In this document: positions 51,462 to 60,657 of the stretch, one piece after another
How the letters are laid out: each line of letters starts with the position of its first letter
Numbering within the stretch: the first letter of the stretch is position 1
From: an uncultured Armatimonadetes bacterium
Lineage (GTDB): Bacteria > Armatimonadota > Fimbriimonadia > Fimbriimonadales > Fimbriimonadaceae
Assembly: GCA_903927345.1 (NCBI GenBank)
Contig: CAIYMO010000032.1
Location: 23,758 to 87,757, forward strand
Direction: 5' to 3'
Length of the DNA stretch: 64,000 nucleotides
Translations under genes and position numbers: made by a program
Notes under the pieces: model-generated
What the model saw: only the letters and a program-made list of their open reading frames with translations
What the model was told of the DNA's origin: nothing
The model's database searches: none

Positions 51462-52391
51462 ATGAATCCGAACGTGGCACTGGTTTCAATCAATAATCTC
51501 ACCGTGCGGTACGGGGCTTTTACCGCCCTCGACGACTTTTCCTGCCAGATAGAGGAGGGCTGCACCGGTCTTTTGGGTCCAAACGGAGCCGGAAAAACAA
51601 CGCTTCTCAAAACGCTTCTCGGTTTCATCACTCCGACAAGCGGTGGTGGAAATGTCCTCGGACTGGATCTCTACAACGGAAACAAAGAGATTCGACAAAA
51701 GATTGGGCTGATGCCAGAGCAGGATTGCCACATCCCCGGGCTCACGGCTGTCGGTTTCGTTGCCTACGCAGGCGAGCTCGCCGGAATGCCGGCTGACCAG
51801 GCTCTTCGCCGTGCCCACGAAGTACTTGAGTATTGCGGGCTTGGTGAGGCTCGCTACCGAAATGTCGAGACCTACAGCACGGGTATGAAGCAGCGTATTA
51901 AGCTCGCCCAAGCCATGATCCATGGCCCCAAGCTACTTCTGCTCGACGAGCCAACCAATGGTCTAGATCCCAAGGGCCGAGAGGAAATGCTCGATCTCAT
52001 CAAAGACATTTCTCACAACAAAGGCGTCAACGTTCTGATCAGTAGTCACCTCCTTCCCGACATCGAACGTGTTTGCGACCGGGTCGTCGTGGTGCTGCGC
52101 GGCAAGCTGGTCAGTCAAGGGACCATTCGTGATCTCAAGCGGATCGAGGGACAGCCCCTCGACGTCGATCTACGCGAATCAAATGAATCATTTCTTACAA
52201 GTCTTCGTGCTAAAGGGGCACAGGCAGCTCCCACAACATACACAACCGTTCGAGTGCAGGTTGCCGGGACTCGAGAGCACGCGATGAACACGATCCTTCA
52301 AAGTGCCAAGGAATCAGGCGCGCAAGTCCGCGGCGTCAAACTTGCCGAACGATCACTTGAGGAAGCCTTCCTGACGGCGGTGCAAGCATGA
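51462..52391 (+). CDS. ABC transporter ATP-binding protein (ABC-2 type, with C-terminal DUF4162-like domain)
   Basis: Walker A GPNGAGKTT, signature YSTGMKQRIKLAQA, Walker B LLLDEPTNGLD. Confidence 0.92.
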   Translation: MNPNVALVSINNLTVRYGAFTALDDFSCQIEEGCTGLLGPNGAGKTTLLKTLLGFITPTSGGGNVLGLDLYNGNKEIRQKIGLMPEQDCHIPGLTAVGFVAYAGELAGMPADQALRRAHEVLEYCGLGEARYRNVETYSTGMKQRIKLAQAMIHGPKLLLLDEPTNGLDPKGREEMLDLIKDISHNKGVNVLISSHLLPDIERVCDRVVVVLRGKLVSQGTIRDLKRIEGQPLDVDLRESNESFLTSLRAKGAQAAPTTYTTVRVQVAGTREHAMNTILQSAKESGAQVRGVKLAERSLEEAFLTAVQA

Positions 52392-53374
52392 GCAATTCTC
52401 CAATCGCCGATCTCAGCTATCGCCACTATGATGGCCCCCTTACCGGCGTGAGCAAGCGCTGGTGGAGTATTGCTAAGATGACGATGCAAGTCGCCACAAA
52501 GCGACGAGGCTTCTGGGGTTGGAGTCTGTTCTCCGCCTGGTGGTTCTTCATTCTCCTCGCCATTTTCTGGTTCGCCGATAACGTCCTTGGGAATATTACG
52601 GGTCAGGCATCGGGCGCAAATCTCTTCTTGAAGCAGATCGTTTGGAAAGACCAGTTCCTCCACGGATACTCATTCAGCCAGCTGATTCTCATGATCATCA
52701 CTCTGATGATTGGTGTGGGATCCATCGCGAATGACAACCGGGCGAACGCGCTCCTGGTCTATCTGAGCAAGCCATGCTCAAGGTTCGACTACGTCTTCGG
52801 AAAGTGGCTAGGAATCTTCATTCTGATCAGCCTGGTCTCGTTCGTACCCATGATGATCTTCTGGCTGTATGGATTCATGAGCTTCCAGCAGTACGGCTTC
52901 TGGAGTAGTGCGCCGTGGCTTCCCATCAAGCTGGCCGCGATGTCCATGTGCAGCGGAGCGCTGCATGCCTCCGTCGGACTAGCGATCAGTTCAATGTTCA
53001 ACCAAGGCAGGCTCGCTGGTGCAACCTATGCGGGGATCTACTTCATCTCCAACATCTTCACCAAGGTTGTTGGCGGCTTCTACGTATTCTCAGTTCGCCG
53101 AACGGGTCAAACCGGCAGCGTCCTCAAGCAGTTCTTTTATGCCTCGATTGATGGAATTCAGATCGGTCTCTCGAAGGTCTTCCTCGGGACAGAGGGGTCG
53201 CTGATCCTGCCCTTCATGGCACCGCCACCTCGTAATGGTCGCCAACTAACTACTGCCGAAATCATCGTTGGATCGCCAAGTGCGGCTTGGATCCTCCCTG
53301 TCTTCCTTGTCGTGGTTGTCGGAGGATTTGCGATCGCATATTCAAGAATCAAGGCAGTGGAGGTGGTCGGATGA
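52388..53374 (+). CDS. ABC-2 type transporter permease
   Basis: 328 aa with about 6 TM segments. ATGA junctions on both sides with ATPase genes. Confidence 0.75.
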   Translation: MSNSPIADLSYRHYDGPLTGVSKRWWSIAKMTMQVATKRRGFWGWSLFSAWWFFILLAIFWFADNVLGNITGQASGANLFLKQIVWKDQFLHGYSFSQLILMIITLMIGVGSIANDNRANALLVYLSKPCSRFDYVFGKWLGIFILISLVSFVPMMIFWLYGFMSFQQYGFWSSAPWLPIKLAAMSMCSGALHASVGLAISSMFNQGRLAGATYAGIYFISNIFTKVVGGFYVFSVRRTGQTGSVLKQFFYASIDGIQIGLSKVFLGTEGSLILPFMAPPPRNGRQLTTAEIIVGSPSAAWILPVFLVVVVGGFAIAYSRIKAVEVVG

Positions 53375-54288
53375 TCCAGATCACAAACGCCTCACGATGG
53401 TATGGCCAGATCATCGGCGTCAACGACATCACCTGTGAAATCGGACCGGGAATTACTGCCCTCCTCGGCATGAACGGAGCCGGCAAGAGCACCCTGATGC
53501 GACTGATCACTGGTCAGATGAACCCAACAACCGGATCAGTCAAAGTCTTCGGTGAGGAGCCATTTGACAATCCAAACGTCTTCCGCAAACTGGGCTACTG
53601 CCCCGAGATCGACAATTTCTATGAGTACATGAACGGCGTGGAGTTCGTGACCTATATGGCCGAGATGGCAGGATACAGCCGATCCGAAGCCAAGAAACGG
53701 GCTCTAGAAAAAATCGAAATGGTCGGCATGGCGGATCGAGTGAAGAAGCCCATCAAGGGCTACTCGAAGGGAATGCGACAGCGAATCAAACTCGCTCAGG
53801 CGATGGTTCACGACCCAGAGATCATCCTTTTGGACGAGCCGCTGAATGGTCTTGACCCTGTCGGTCGGCACGAGTTCCTCAGTGTCCTTGGTCATTTGTC
53901 CGAAATGGGCAAGACAATCATCGTTTCCTCGCACATCTTGTACGAAGTGGAGCAAATGACTCGCTCGATTCTGCTGCTTCACCGAGGCAGGCTTCTCGCC
54001 ACGGGTGATCTGCGAGTCATCAGAGATCTGATTGACAAGTATCCGCACAAGGTCCGAATCGAAACACCGAAACCACGCGAAGTCGCCGGAAAGCTGACCC
54101 AACTCTCTGGAGTCGTCAGCGCGAAAGTTGACGATCGCAACGAAGTCATCAATCTTGAAGTGAATAACCCTAACGAGTTCTATGAAGTGCTTAGCCGCTT
54201 GGTGCTGGAAGATGGTCTGCCCATCCTCAGCTTTACGAGCCCCGACAACAACCTGGAATCAGTGTTCCAGTATCTGGTGGAGGGCTAA
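53371..54288 (+). CDS. ABC transporter ATP-binding protein (second ATPase of the operon)
   Basis: Walker A GMNGAGKST, signature YSKGMRQRIKLAQA, Walker B ILLDEPLNGLD. The ORF-track start at 53287 lies inside the permease gene. Confidence 0.92.
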   Translation: MIQITNASRWYGQIIGVNDITCEIGPGITALLGMNGAGKSTLMRLITGQMNPTTGSVKVFGEEPFDNPNVFRKLGYCPEIDNFYEYMNGVEFVTYMAEMAGYSRSEAKKRALEKIEMVGMADRVKKPIKGYSKGMRQRIKLAQAMVHDPEIILLDEPLNGLDPVGRHEFLSVLGHLSEMGKTIIVSSHILYEVEQMTRSILLLHRGRLLATGDLRVIRDLIDKYPHKVRIETPKPREVAGKLTQLSGVVSAKVDDRNEVINLEVNNPNEFYEVLSRLVLEDGLPILSFTSPDNNLESVFQYLVEG

Positions 54289-55047
54289 ATGTTAGTCGCA
54301 TTCCGATATCTGTTGCGAGAGGAGCTCCGGTTCCGAAAGCTGTTGCCTTGGCTCGTTCTTTCCTTCTTCGCCTTCCTTTTCGCGCTGAACTGGAACCGAT
54401 TCGCGCCTGAGGCAACCGCGGTCGACAAATACGTCAATGTCATCAATCTGTTGATCTTCCGTTTGTTGCCGCTCTCGGCAGCAATCTATTCCACGATGAT
54501 CATCGCTCAAGAAGTTGAGCAGAAGACGATCGTTTATCTGCTCACCCGCCCCATCCCTCGGTGGCAGCTGATCATTGGACGATGGGCGGCAACCGCTACG
54601 ACGGTCGTCGTGATCGCTGGGTTGGGATTGGTTGCAGCGCACCTCGGCTCAAAGGGAGGAATGTCGTTCATCCTCCGCGATCTGTTGGCCCTCGCCCTCG
54701 GTGCAGCGGCATACACATCGCTGTTCATGTTCATCACTCTGCTCTTCAACCGAGCCTTGATCATTTGTGTCTTGTTTGCATTCGGCTGGGAAAGCTCAGT
54801 GCCAAACTTGCCAACGGGCCTCCAGGGTCTGTCGGTACTGTCCCACATGCAAGCGATCGCCAAGCACCCAGATGGTGTCCAAAGTGGCGGGCAGGTGCTC
54901 GACCTGATCGCAGGTCTTCTCGGCAAAACAGACATGAACCCGCTCACATCGGGATTCGGATTGTTGGTCTTCTCGGTGGTAATGGTTGGCCTTTCCGCCT
55001 ACTGGTTCAGCACCCACGAGTTCATTCCAAGAGAAGACTCAGAATAG
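54289..55047 (+). CDS. ABC-2 type transporter permease (second permease)
   Basis: 252 aa with about 6 TM segments. Starts immediately after the ATPase stop (TAAATG). Confidence 0.75.
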   Translation: MLVAFRYLLREELRFRKLLPWLVLSFFAFLFALNWNRFAPEATAVDKYVNVINLLIFRLLPLSAAIYSTMIIAQEVEQKTIVYLLTRPIPRWQLIIGRWAATATTVVVIAGLGLVAAHLGSKGGMSFILRDLLALALGAAAYTSLFMFITLLFNRALIICVLFAFGWESSVPNLPTGLQGLSVLSHMQAIAKHPDGVQSGGQVLDLIAGLLGKTDMNPLTSGFGLLVFSVVMVGLSAYWFSTHEFIPREDSE

Positions 55048-55056
55048 AAGCACGCA

Positions 55057-55097
55057 CGGGGCAAGCCGCTAGATCAGGATGCTTGCCCCGATGTTTT
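55057..55097 (+). terminator. Rho-independent terminator after the ABC operon
   Basis: CGGGGCAAGC (55057-55066) pairs with GCTTGCCCCG (55081-55090). 14-nt loop, followed by ATGTTTTCC. Confidence 0.65.
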
Positions 55098-55176
55098 CCG
55101 ACAGCGTTTCAAAATTGCGTTCTGGCTCACCTGCGCTCTGCCTCGAAACCGGGTAAACCTACGAGCAGGCGCGAAA

Positions 55177-56223
55177 ATGGCGAGATTTGAAGTTTCAAAC
55201 GACTACCTTCAACGGTTCCTTGTGGATTTGTTGAACACCCAGTCTCCCACCGGCGACACCGAGTACGGCATCGGGTTCATCGAATCCGAGCTCATGGGTC
55301 TGGGCGTAACAACCGAGCGAACGAAGAAAGGCGCACTCATCGCGCACCTTGAAGGGCTGCGGTCTACGGCACCTCGGGCGTTGACCGCCCACGTCGATAC
55401 CCTCGGGTTCATGGTCAAAGAGATCAAGCCGAACGGACGGCTCAAGCTCAAGGCGCTCAACGGCATCAACTGGCCGACCACCGAAAGCGAGGGCGTCACG
55501 ATCTCGACCGCTGGCGGACGGCAGATTCGCGGTTCAATCGTCCTTGAGAACGGCGCTGCCCACGTCAACAAAGAAGCCGGCACGAAGCCACGTAACGCTG
55601 ATACGCTCGAAGTTCGACTTGATGAGCGAACAACGAAAGCGGAAGAAACCCGTTTCCTCGGCATCTCCGTCGGAGACTTCGTCAACCTTGATCCTCGCAC
55701 CGAAATCAGCGAGTCAGGATTTATTCGCTCCCGATTCTTGGACGACAAGGCGTGCGTCGCCTGCCTCCTCGCGGCAATCGAAGGCATCCAGAAGAGCGGA
55801 TTGACTCCCGTCCAAAAGACCACGATTCTGTTCTCCAACTTCGAGGAAGTGGGCCATGGCGGTATGGATTCGCTCCCGAGTGACTTGGCAGAGATGGTCG
55901 TGCTTGATATGGCATGCATCGGCGAAGGCCAGTCTGGAACCGAATACAACTGCTCAATCTGCCTTGCCGATTCCTCTGGTCCTTACAGCAAAAACCTGAG
56001 CGACAAGCTCCGGGGACTTGCCTTCCACCGAGGAATCGAGCTCATCCCCGACATTTATCCCTACTACGGCTCCGACGGCTCCGCATACTGGCGCAGCGGC
56101 GGCGGCGCCGAGGTCGCTCTCATTGGTCCGGGAGTCGATACTTCGCACGGCTACGAGCGAACGCACATCGAGGCACTCCGAGACACAGCTCAGCTGATCG
56201 CCGAGTATCTCATCGAAGAATAA
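55177..56223 (+). CDS. M42 family metallopeptidase (glutamyl aminopeptidase / FrvX-like)
   Basis: AHVDTLGFMVKEI and FLDDKACVACLL motifs (M42 H.D..G and DD(K/R) motifs). 348 aa. Confidence 0.88.
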   Translation: MARFEVSNDYLQRFLVDLLNTQSPTGDTEYGIGFIESELMGLGVTTERTKKGALIAHLEGLRSTAPRALTAHVDTLGFMVKEIKPNGRLKLKALNGINWPTTESEGVTISTAGGRQIRGSIVLENGAAHVNKEAGTKPRNADTLEVRLDERTTKAEETRFLGISVGDFVNLDPRTEISESGFIRSRFLDDKACVACLLAAIEGIQKSGLTPVQKTTILFSNFEEVGHGGMDSLPSDLAEMVVLDMACIGEGQSGTEYNCSICLADSSGPYSKNLSDKLRGLAFHRGIELIPDIYPYYGSDGSAYWRSGGGAEVALIGPGVDTSHGYERTHIEALRDTAQLIAEYLIEE

Positions 56224-56236
56224 GATTCGGTAGGGT

Positions 56237-56265
56237 GCCCCCGTGTTGGAAACCCACACGGGGGC
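56237..56265. terminator. Bidirectional hairpin between convergent M42 and DUF1501 genes
   Basis: GCCCCCGTGT / ACACGGGGGC 10-bp perfect stem with a 9-nt loop. Confidence 0.6.
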
Positions 56266-56274
56266 GCTGACTTG

Positions 56275-57465
56275 CTAGCTCCACACTTTGGAGATCTCAG
56301 GCATTCGAGGGCTGAGGTGCTGAGTCAGAACGTCGCGGTAATCATTAACCGGCTTCAGGTCACCAACTTCATCAACCTGATCCTTTCCGATTCCGGGCCA
56401 GATGCCATCGATCTTGCCTCCGTTCACTCCGTTGAACACCATCATCACGGAAGCCCGACCGTGGTCAGTTCCGAGACCCGCGTTCTGCTGGATCCGGCGA
56501 CCAAATTCGGTCATGATCACGACGGTCGTGTTCTTCCGCTTCTCACCAAGGTCTGTTAGGAAGGCATCGACATTGTTCGCCACCGATGCAAGGTTCGAGG
56601 CGTGAATTCCTGTATCTGAACCCTGGGCGACATGGGTATCCCAACCGGTCGTTTCGAGGCAAGCGATTTCCATTCCCAGCGATGACTTGATGAGAGCCGC
56701 CACCTCGCGCAAACCATTTCCCAAATAGTCAGTGGCGTAAGTCGCACCGCTGAGGGGCTTGTAGTTTTTGGGATCCAGCTGCTCAATCTTCTTCAGCGCA
56801 TCAAGGGTCTGCTGTCCCGCCCGATGGACCAGCGAGTCACCTTCCGTTTTGTACATGGTCTTGAGGCTCTTGAGAAAAGCATCATCGGTTTTCAAACTGA
56901 AATCAGTCACCGACTGCACGACGAGTGGCGAAGGCGCGCCCCGCAGAGAATCTGGCATCGTGTCCGCCCAGGCAACCGATCGCAAGGGTCCGTCCTGTTC
57001 CGATTGAGTCATCGACAGATATCTTGCGAGCCAACCGCTTGGAGTACCCGAGTGCCCAGTAGCTGCTCCAAGTTCCATCGCAAGCATGGCCTCAAAGTGT
57101 GACCGAGTGCGATCCTTGGACCCGACTGCTGGAGTCAAGCACAGCTCACCCGTGTCGTACCACTTCTTAAATGGCTTAAGCGAAGGGTGTAGCCCAAAAT
57201 AATCGTTGAGCTTTTCCAACTTTGCCACGGGAATCCCCAGCGACGGTCGAGCCTTGTAATACTCGTCGTCCCCAAAAGGAACCATCATGTTCAGTCCATC
57301 CGAACCGCCTCGGAGGAAGATCACGACCAAATTGTGATCCTGATGTCCGAGTTTGACCTGGCTCAGGGCAGAGCCCGAAAACAACCAAGGAATTAGACCC
57401 GCAGCACCGACTTTGAGGGCCGACCGGCGGCTCATCGCTTGCTCAAAACTGGAACAGTGTTTCAT
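56275..57465 (-). CDS. DUF1501 family protein (sulfatase/phosphatase-like fold), Tat signal
   Basis: SRRSALKVGAAG twin-arginine motif. VVIFLRGGSDGLNMMVPFGDDEYYKARPSLGI and TEFGRR...GTDHG motifs typical of DUF1501. Alternative start at 57435. Confidence 0.88.
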   Translation of the reverse strand: MKHCSSFEQAMSRRSALKVGAAGLIPWLFSGSALSQVKLGHQDHNLVVIFLRGGSDGLNMMVPFGDDEYYKARPSLGIPVAKLEKLNDYFGLHPSLKPFKKWYDTGELCLTPAVGSKDRTRSHFEAMLAMELGAATGHSGTPSGWLARYLSMTQSEQDGPLRSVAWADTMPDSLRGAPSPLVVQSVTDFSLKTDDAFLKSLKTMYKTEGDSLVHRAGQQTLDALKKIEQLDPKNYKPLSGATYATDYLGNGLREVAALIKSSLGMEIACLETTGWDTHVAQGSDTGIHASNLASVANNVDAFLTDLGEKRKNTTVVIMTEFGRRIQQNAGLGTDHGRASVMMVFNGVNGGKIDGIWPGIGKDQVDEVGDLKPVNDYRDVLTQHLSPRMPEISKVWS

Positions 57466-57472
57466 ACAAATA

Positions 57473-58801
57473 TCACGCGTACTGGAAGTCTGGGGTGGCG
57501 AGTTGTCTTGCCATCAAGTCGGCATTGGGAGCTTTGACAAAGGTGTTTGGGATCTTGCCATGGGCCAAATCGTACACAAACTGCCATCGAGGGAGCATGT
57601 TCGTAGCCCAGCTCAATTGGTCGACTGGGTAACCATCCGGAAGTGGCCATTCGTACATCGGTTGCCCCATCCTGCGCAGGTGCCCTTGCAACGCGGGACC
57701 GCCGTCTGTTGCTGCACCGGATACTCGAAGCGAGGCGCAGATCAGCTCAAACGGGCGTCGCATAATCGGTGGTCCATCGACGAGTGCGGAAGATGTGAGA
57801 ATGGGTCGCACCATCTTCAAGATCTCGCCCTGCGACGAAACGAACTGGCTCAGCACCTCCGCCTCAAGTTCTTGGTTCTGTCCACCCGTGAAGAACTTGA
57901 CGAGCTTCGTTGCCAAATACTTCCCGGTCTCTTTGTGACGAACAAGGTGATCCACCACCATTTCGCCATCCTTGATTCCTCCACCAGCAGGCACATCGAG
58001 TCCAAAGACATGCTTGGGGCCGTCGTCGTGAGCCGATTTGTCGAACCGGAAGGAACCACGCGCTCGTAGCGTTTTGCTTACCCAGATCGAACGATCTTCC
58101 ATCATCCATCCCGTCAAACATCGCGCCAGTTCTTGAATGTCTTTTTGGGTGTAGCCTCCATCAATCCCTAGCGTATGGAGCTCCATCAGCTCCCGAGCGT
58201 AGTTTTCGTTTGGGTGTGCTTTGCTGTTCCGATTGTTATCGAGATAGACCAGCATTGCGGGCGATTTCGACATCGCCTTTGCCATGTCCCCAAAATTGCC
58301 TAAGGCGAACTTCCGGATGATTTGTTCTTCCTCGTTGCCCTTGAAGAAGGTGCCATCCACCTTGCCCGCATAGATGTTAAAGTGATTACTCCAGAAGTCG
58401 ACAAGTCGCTCTTTGAGCTGGTTGTGCGAGTAGGTTGCCCGAAGAATCGCCGCGCTCTGAAGTTGTTGCGTGACACGGCCCCGGGGGAGCTCCATAAGCT
58501 CAAAGGGGTGCATTCGGATGCAGTCTAGCGACTGGAGTTGTAACGTCAGCTCAAGAGGTTCATCAAAGTCAGCCTTAAGCTGACGCTCAATGTATTCCTG
58601 TTCGCCCAAGGAAGCAAACCGATCTGCCTCCTCAACGGACCAACCGAACGTCAGTCGATCAATGATTCTCGCCGAGCGATCTTTAGGCTTCGCACGGAAC
58701 TCCGGTGCAGGTTTTCGTCGGCGCGCTTCCGTGGCAAGTCGTCCACAACCCGCTACAGCCAGTCCTCCGGCGGCCAAAAGAGCGTCTCGGCGAGAAATCA
58801 T
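57473..58801 (-). CDS. DUF1800 family protein
   Basis: LMELHTLGIDGGYTQKDIQELARCLTGW is the hallmark DUF1800 motif. The N-terminus MISRRDALLAAGGLAVAGC is Tat-like with a possible lipobox. Confidence 0.88.
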   Translation of the reverse strand: MISRRDALLAAGGLAVAGCGRLATEARRRKPAPEFRAKPKDRSARIIDRLTFGWSVEEADRFASLGEQEYIERQLKADFDEPLELTLQLQSLDCIRMHPFELMELPRGRVTQQLQSAAILRATYSHNQLKERLVDFWSNHFNIYAGKVDGTFFKGNEEEQIIRKFALGNFGDMAKAMSKSPAMLVYLDNNRNSKAHPNENYARELMELHTLGIDGGYTQKDIQELARCLTGWMMEDRSIWVSKTLRARGSFRFDKSAHDDGPKHVFGLDVPAGGGIKDGEMVVDHLVRHKETGKYLATKLVKFFTGGQNQELEAEVLSQFVSSQGEILKMVRPILTSSALVDGPPIMRRPFELICASLRVSGAATDGGPALQGHLRRMGQPMYEWPLPDGYPVDQLSWATNMLPRWQFVYDLAHGKIPNTFVKAPNADLMARQLATPDFQYA

Positions 58802-58803
58802 TG

Positions 58804-59304
58804 TTAAGCCACCTCGTTAACAGTTTGGCTCTTCAGGGCTGCCTTCAGGCCAGCGCCACCGCCGACAACCATCATCAGCGGAGCAAAGAGGAACCAGCCA
58901 AGAACCGGGAGGAGCCCAGCAACCACCAGATACCAAGATGCCTTGCCGTACGAGGCAAACTGGGACTCTTGTTGGTTGGTCAGGTCCTGAATCCTTTGGG
59001 CGGCAAGCTTTGCCACTCCAGATGCACCGACCATGACGCAACCCAAGTAGCCCGACATGATGAGCATTCCCACGAGCTTGAGCAGAGCGTTTGGAAGTTG
59101 CACAACGACAAATCCAATCACTCCGATCATGAATGCGACAAGGCCCGCACCAAAGCACTTTCCGAGAGATCCAGAGACTGCCTGACGAGCTTCCTCAACT
59201 CGGACTGGGAAGAGGAGCGCGCAAACAAGCATAAAGCTCCAGATAGTGAGGGCAACACCGGCTAGGGTCGCCACGATTGAGAATGAGTCACCGATTGTAA
59301 CCAT
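58804..59304 (-). CDS. Hypothetical four-TM membrane protein co-transcribed with the DUF1800/DUF1501 genes
   Basis: 166 aa with four long hydrophobic segments. Its stop lies 2 nt before the DUF1800 start. Confidence 0.6.
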   Translation of the reverse strand: MVTIGDSFSIVATLAGVALTIWSFMLVCALLFPVRVEEARQAVSGSLGKCFGAGLVAFMIGVIGFVVVQLPNALLKLVGMLIMSGYLGCVMVGASGVAKLAAQRIQDLTNQQESQFASYGKASWYLVVAGLLPVLGWFLFAPLMMVVGGGAGLKAALKSQTVNEVA

Positions 59305-59376
59305 TGCTTTACATCCTTGACTGAAGAGAGCGTTGGCGACTACATTTCAGTTGCAAAGGTTCCATAATCGGGTCTA

Positions 59377-59829
59377 ATGCCCCACCGAGAGCGTTCACTT
59401 TTGGTCCGTTGTGCCTACGGCGCATTCGGAGTGGTGTGCGTGGTGGTGGGCTTTATCGGAATCGTCACGCCGGTGATGCCAGGATTCGTATTCCTCCTCA
59501 TCGCTCTCTGGGCCTTCCGCAACAGTAGTGAGCCGATGGAGCAGTGGCTGCTCAACAATCGCTACGTCGGCCAAACTCTTCGCGACTGGGATTCCGGGCG
59601 ATCAATGAAGCTCCGCACTAAGATCATCGCTCTGTGTATGATCTGGGCCGCGATCAGTGCCACTTGCTACAAGATCGCAAAGTCCGCTCCCATCTACATC
59701 AAACAGGTTGATTGGACGATGCCTAAGTGGATTCCTCTCACTATTTTGGTGGGAACAGTGATCTGGCTAACAGACTATCTGCGCCGTGTGCCGCTTTCCG
59801 GTGCAACCCAAACCCCCGAAAAGTTGTAA
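59377..59829 (+). CDS. DUF454 (YbaN-like) inner membrane protein
   Basis: GFIGIVTPVMPGFVFLLIALWAFRNSSEPMEQWLLNNRYVG matches the YbaN family pattern. Confidence 0.8.
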   Translation: MPHRERSLLVRCAYGAFGVVCVVVGFIGIVTPVMPGFVFLLIALWAFRNSSEPMEQWLLNNRYVGQTLRDWDSGRSMKLRTKIIALCMIWAAISATCYKIAKSAPIYIKQVDWTMPKWIPLTILVGTVIWLTDYLRRVPLSGATQTPEKL

Positions 59830-59838
59830 AACTTACGT

Positions 59839-60657
59839 ATGTCCGAAAAGCGACAACCATCCAGCATCGACCGATTCTTTTGGACACGAGGAGTTGGTCT
59901 ATTCGGATACGTGCGAAACCCGATGGCGCTCGGCTTCCTGATTGCGAGCATCTCGACTTTCGGACTTGGAGCTTCGCTGACGGCAATCTCGCTCGCAAGC
60001 AGCGGCAAAATGCCCCTCATTGTCGGAGTCGCCAATTGCATCGTTGCGGCGATCTTCGGGGGAATCTCCTTCTGGGCGGGTCGCCGGGCAAAGAACATCC
60101 CGACTACCGAGGTGAGGCTCTCCTCGCAGGCAAGAGCACTCCTTACCCGTCTCGGCGGGCATATTGGCTGGCATGACACTAGCCACGATTGGGACTGGGC
60201 GACGGGCCAGACTGGAAATTTTTTGGCAAGCCTGTTCGGGAACAAGACTGCATCTAACGTCATGGCCGCTCCGGCTGCCGCTCTACTGGATAAAGCTTGT
60301 TTCGAATACAACCGAGTCTGGGGGCTACTGAAAATTGCCGAAGGCTCGACGGGTCGAGCGAAGCAACTCGTACCGCAGATGCGAGTCGCCGCTGATGAGG
60401 CAATGATCAGCATCCTCAACCAGGTTTCCCTCCTCGATAAGTCCCCTGAGACTCAGGGGACCATTAGTGCCCAAGTAGGGCAACAATCCGCCAAGCTGAA
60501 AGAGCTCGCAGATCACCTTGAAGGAATGCTCTCTGAGCCGGCGACCCTCGCGGACCGCTTGGTTTCCTCGAACGTCATGGATGGAGTGCTAGACAACCTC
60601 CGGATGGAGCGAATTGCTAACGAAGAGCTGCGGGACTTTAACTCCACAAACCACTGA
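59839..60657 (+). CDS. Hypothetical membrane protein (2-3 N-terminal TM segments plus helical C-terminal domain)
   Basis: 272-aa ORF starting 9 nt after the DUF454 stop. No family recognised. Confidence 0.55.
   Translation: MSEKRQPSSIDRFFWTRGVGLFGYVRNPMALGFLIASISTFGLGASLTAISLASSGKMPLIVGVANCIVAAIFGGISFWAGRRAKNIPTTEVRLSSQARALLTRLGGHIGWHDTSHDWDWATGQTGNFLASLFGNKTASNVMAAPAAALLDKACFEYNRVWGLLKIAEGSTGRAKQLVPQMRVAADEAMISILNQVSLLDKSPETQGTISAQVGQQSAKLKELADHLEGMLSEPATLADRLVSSNVMDGVLDNLRMERIANEELRDFNSTNH

Noticed and set aside
55177-56223. M42 peptidase of the NAGGN osmoprotectant trio (asparagine synthase-like + GNAT + M42).
   Set aside because: Neither partner gene is adjacent. The flanking genes are an ABC-2 exporter and a DUF1501 gene.
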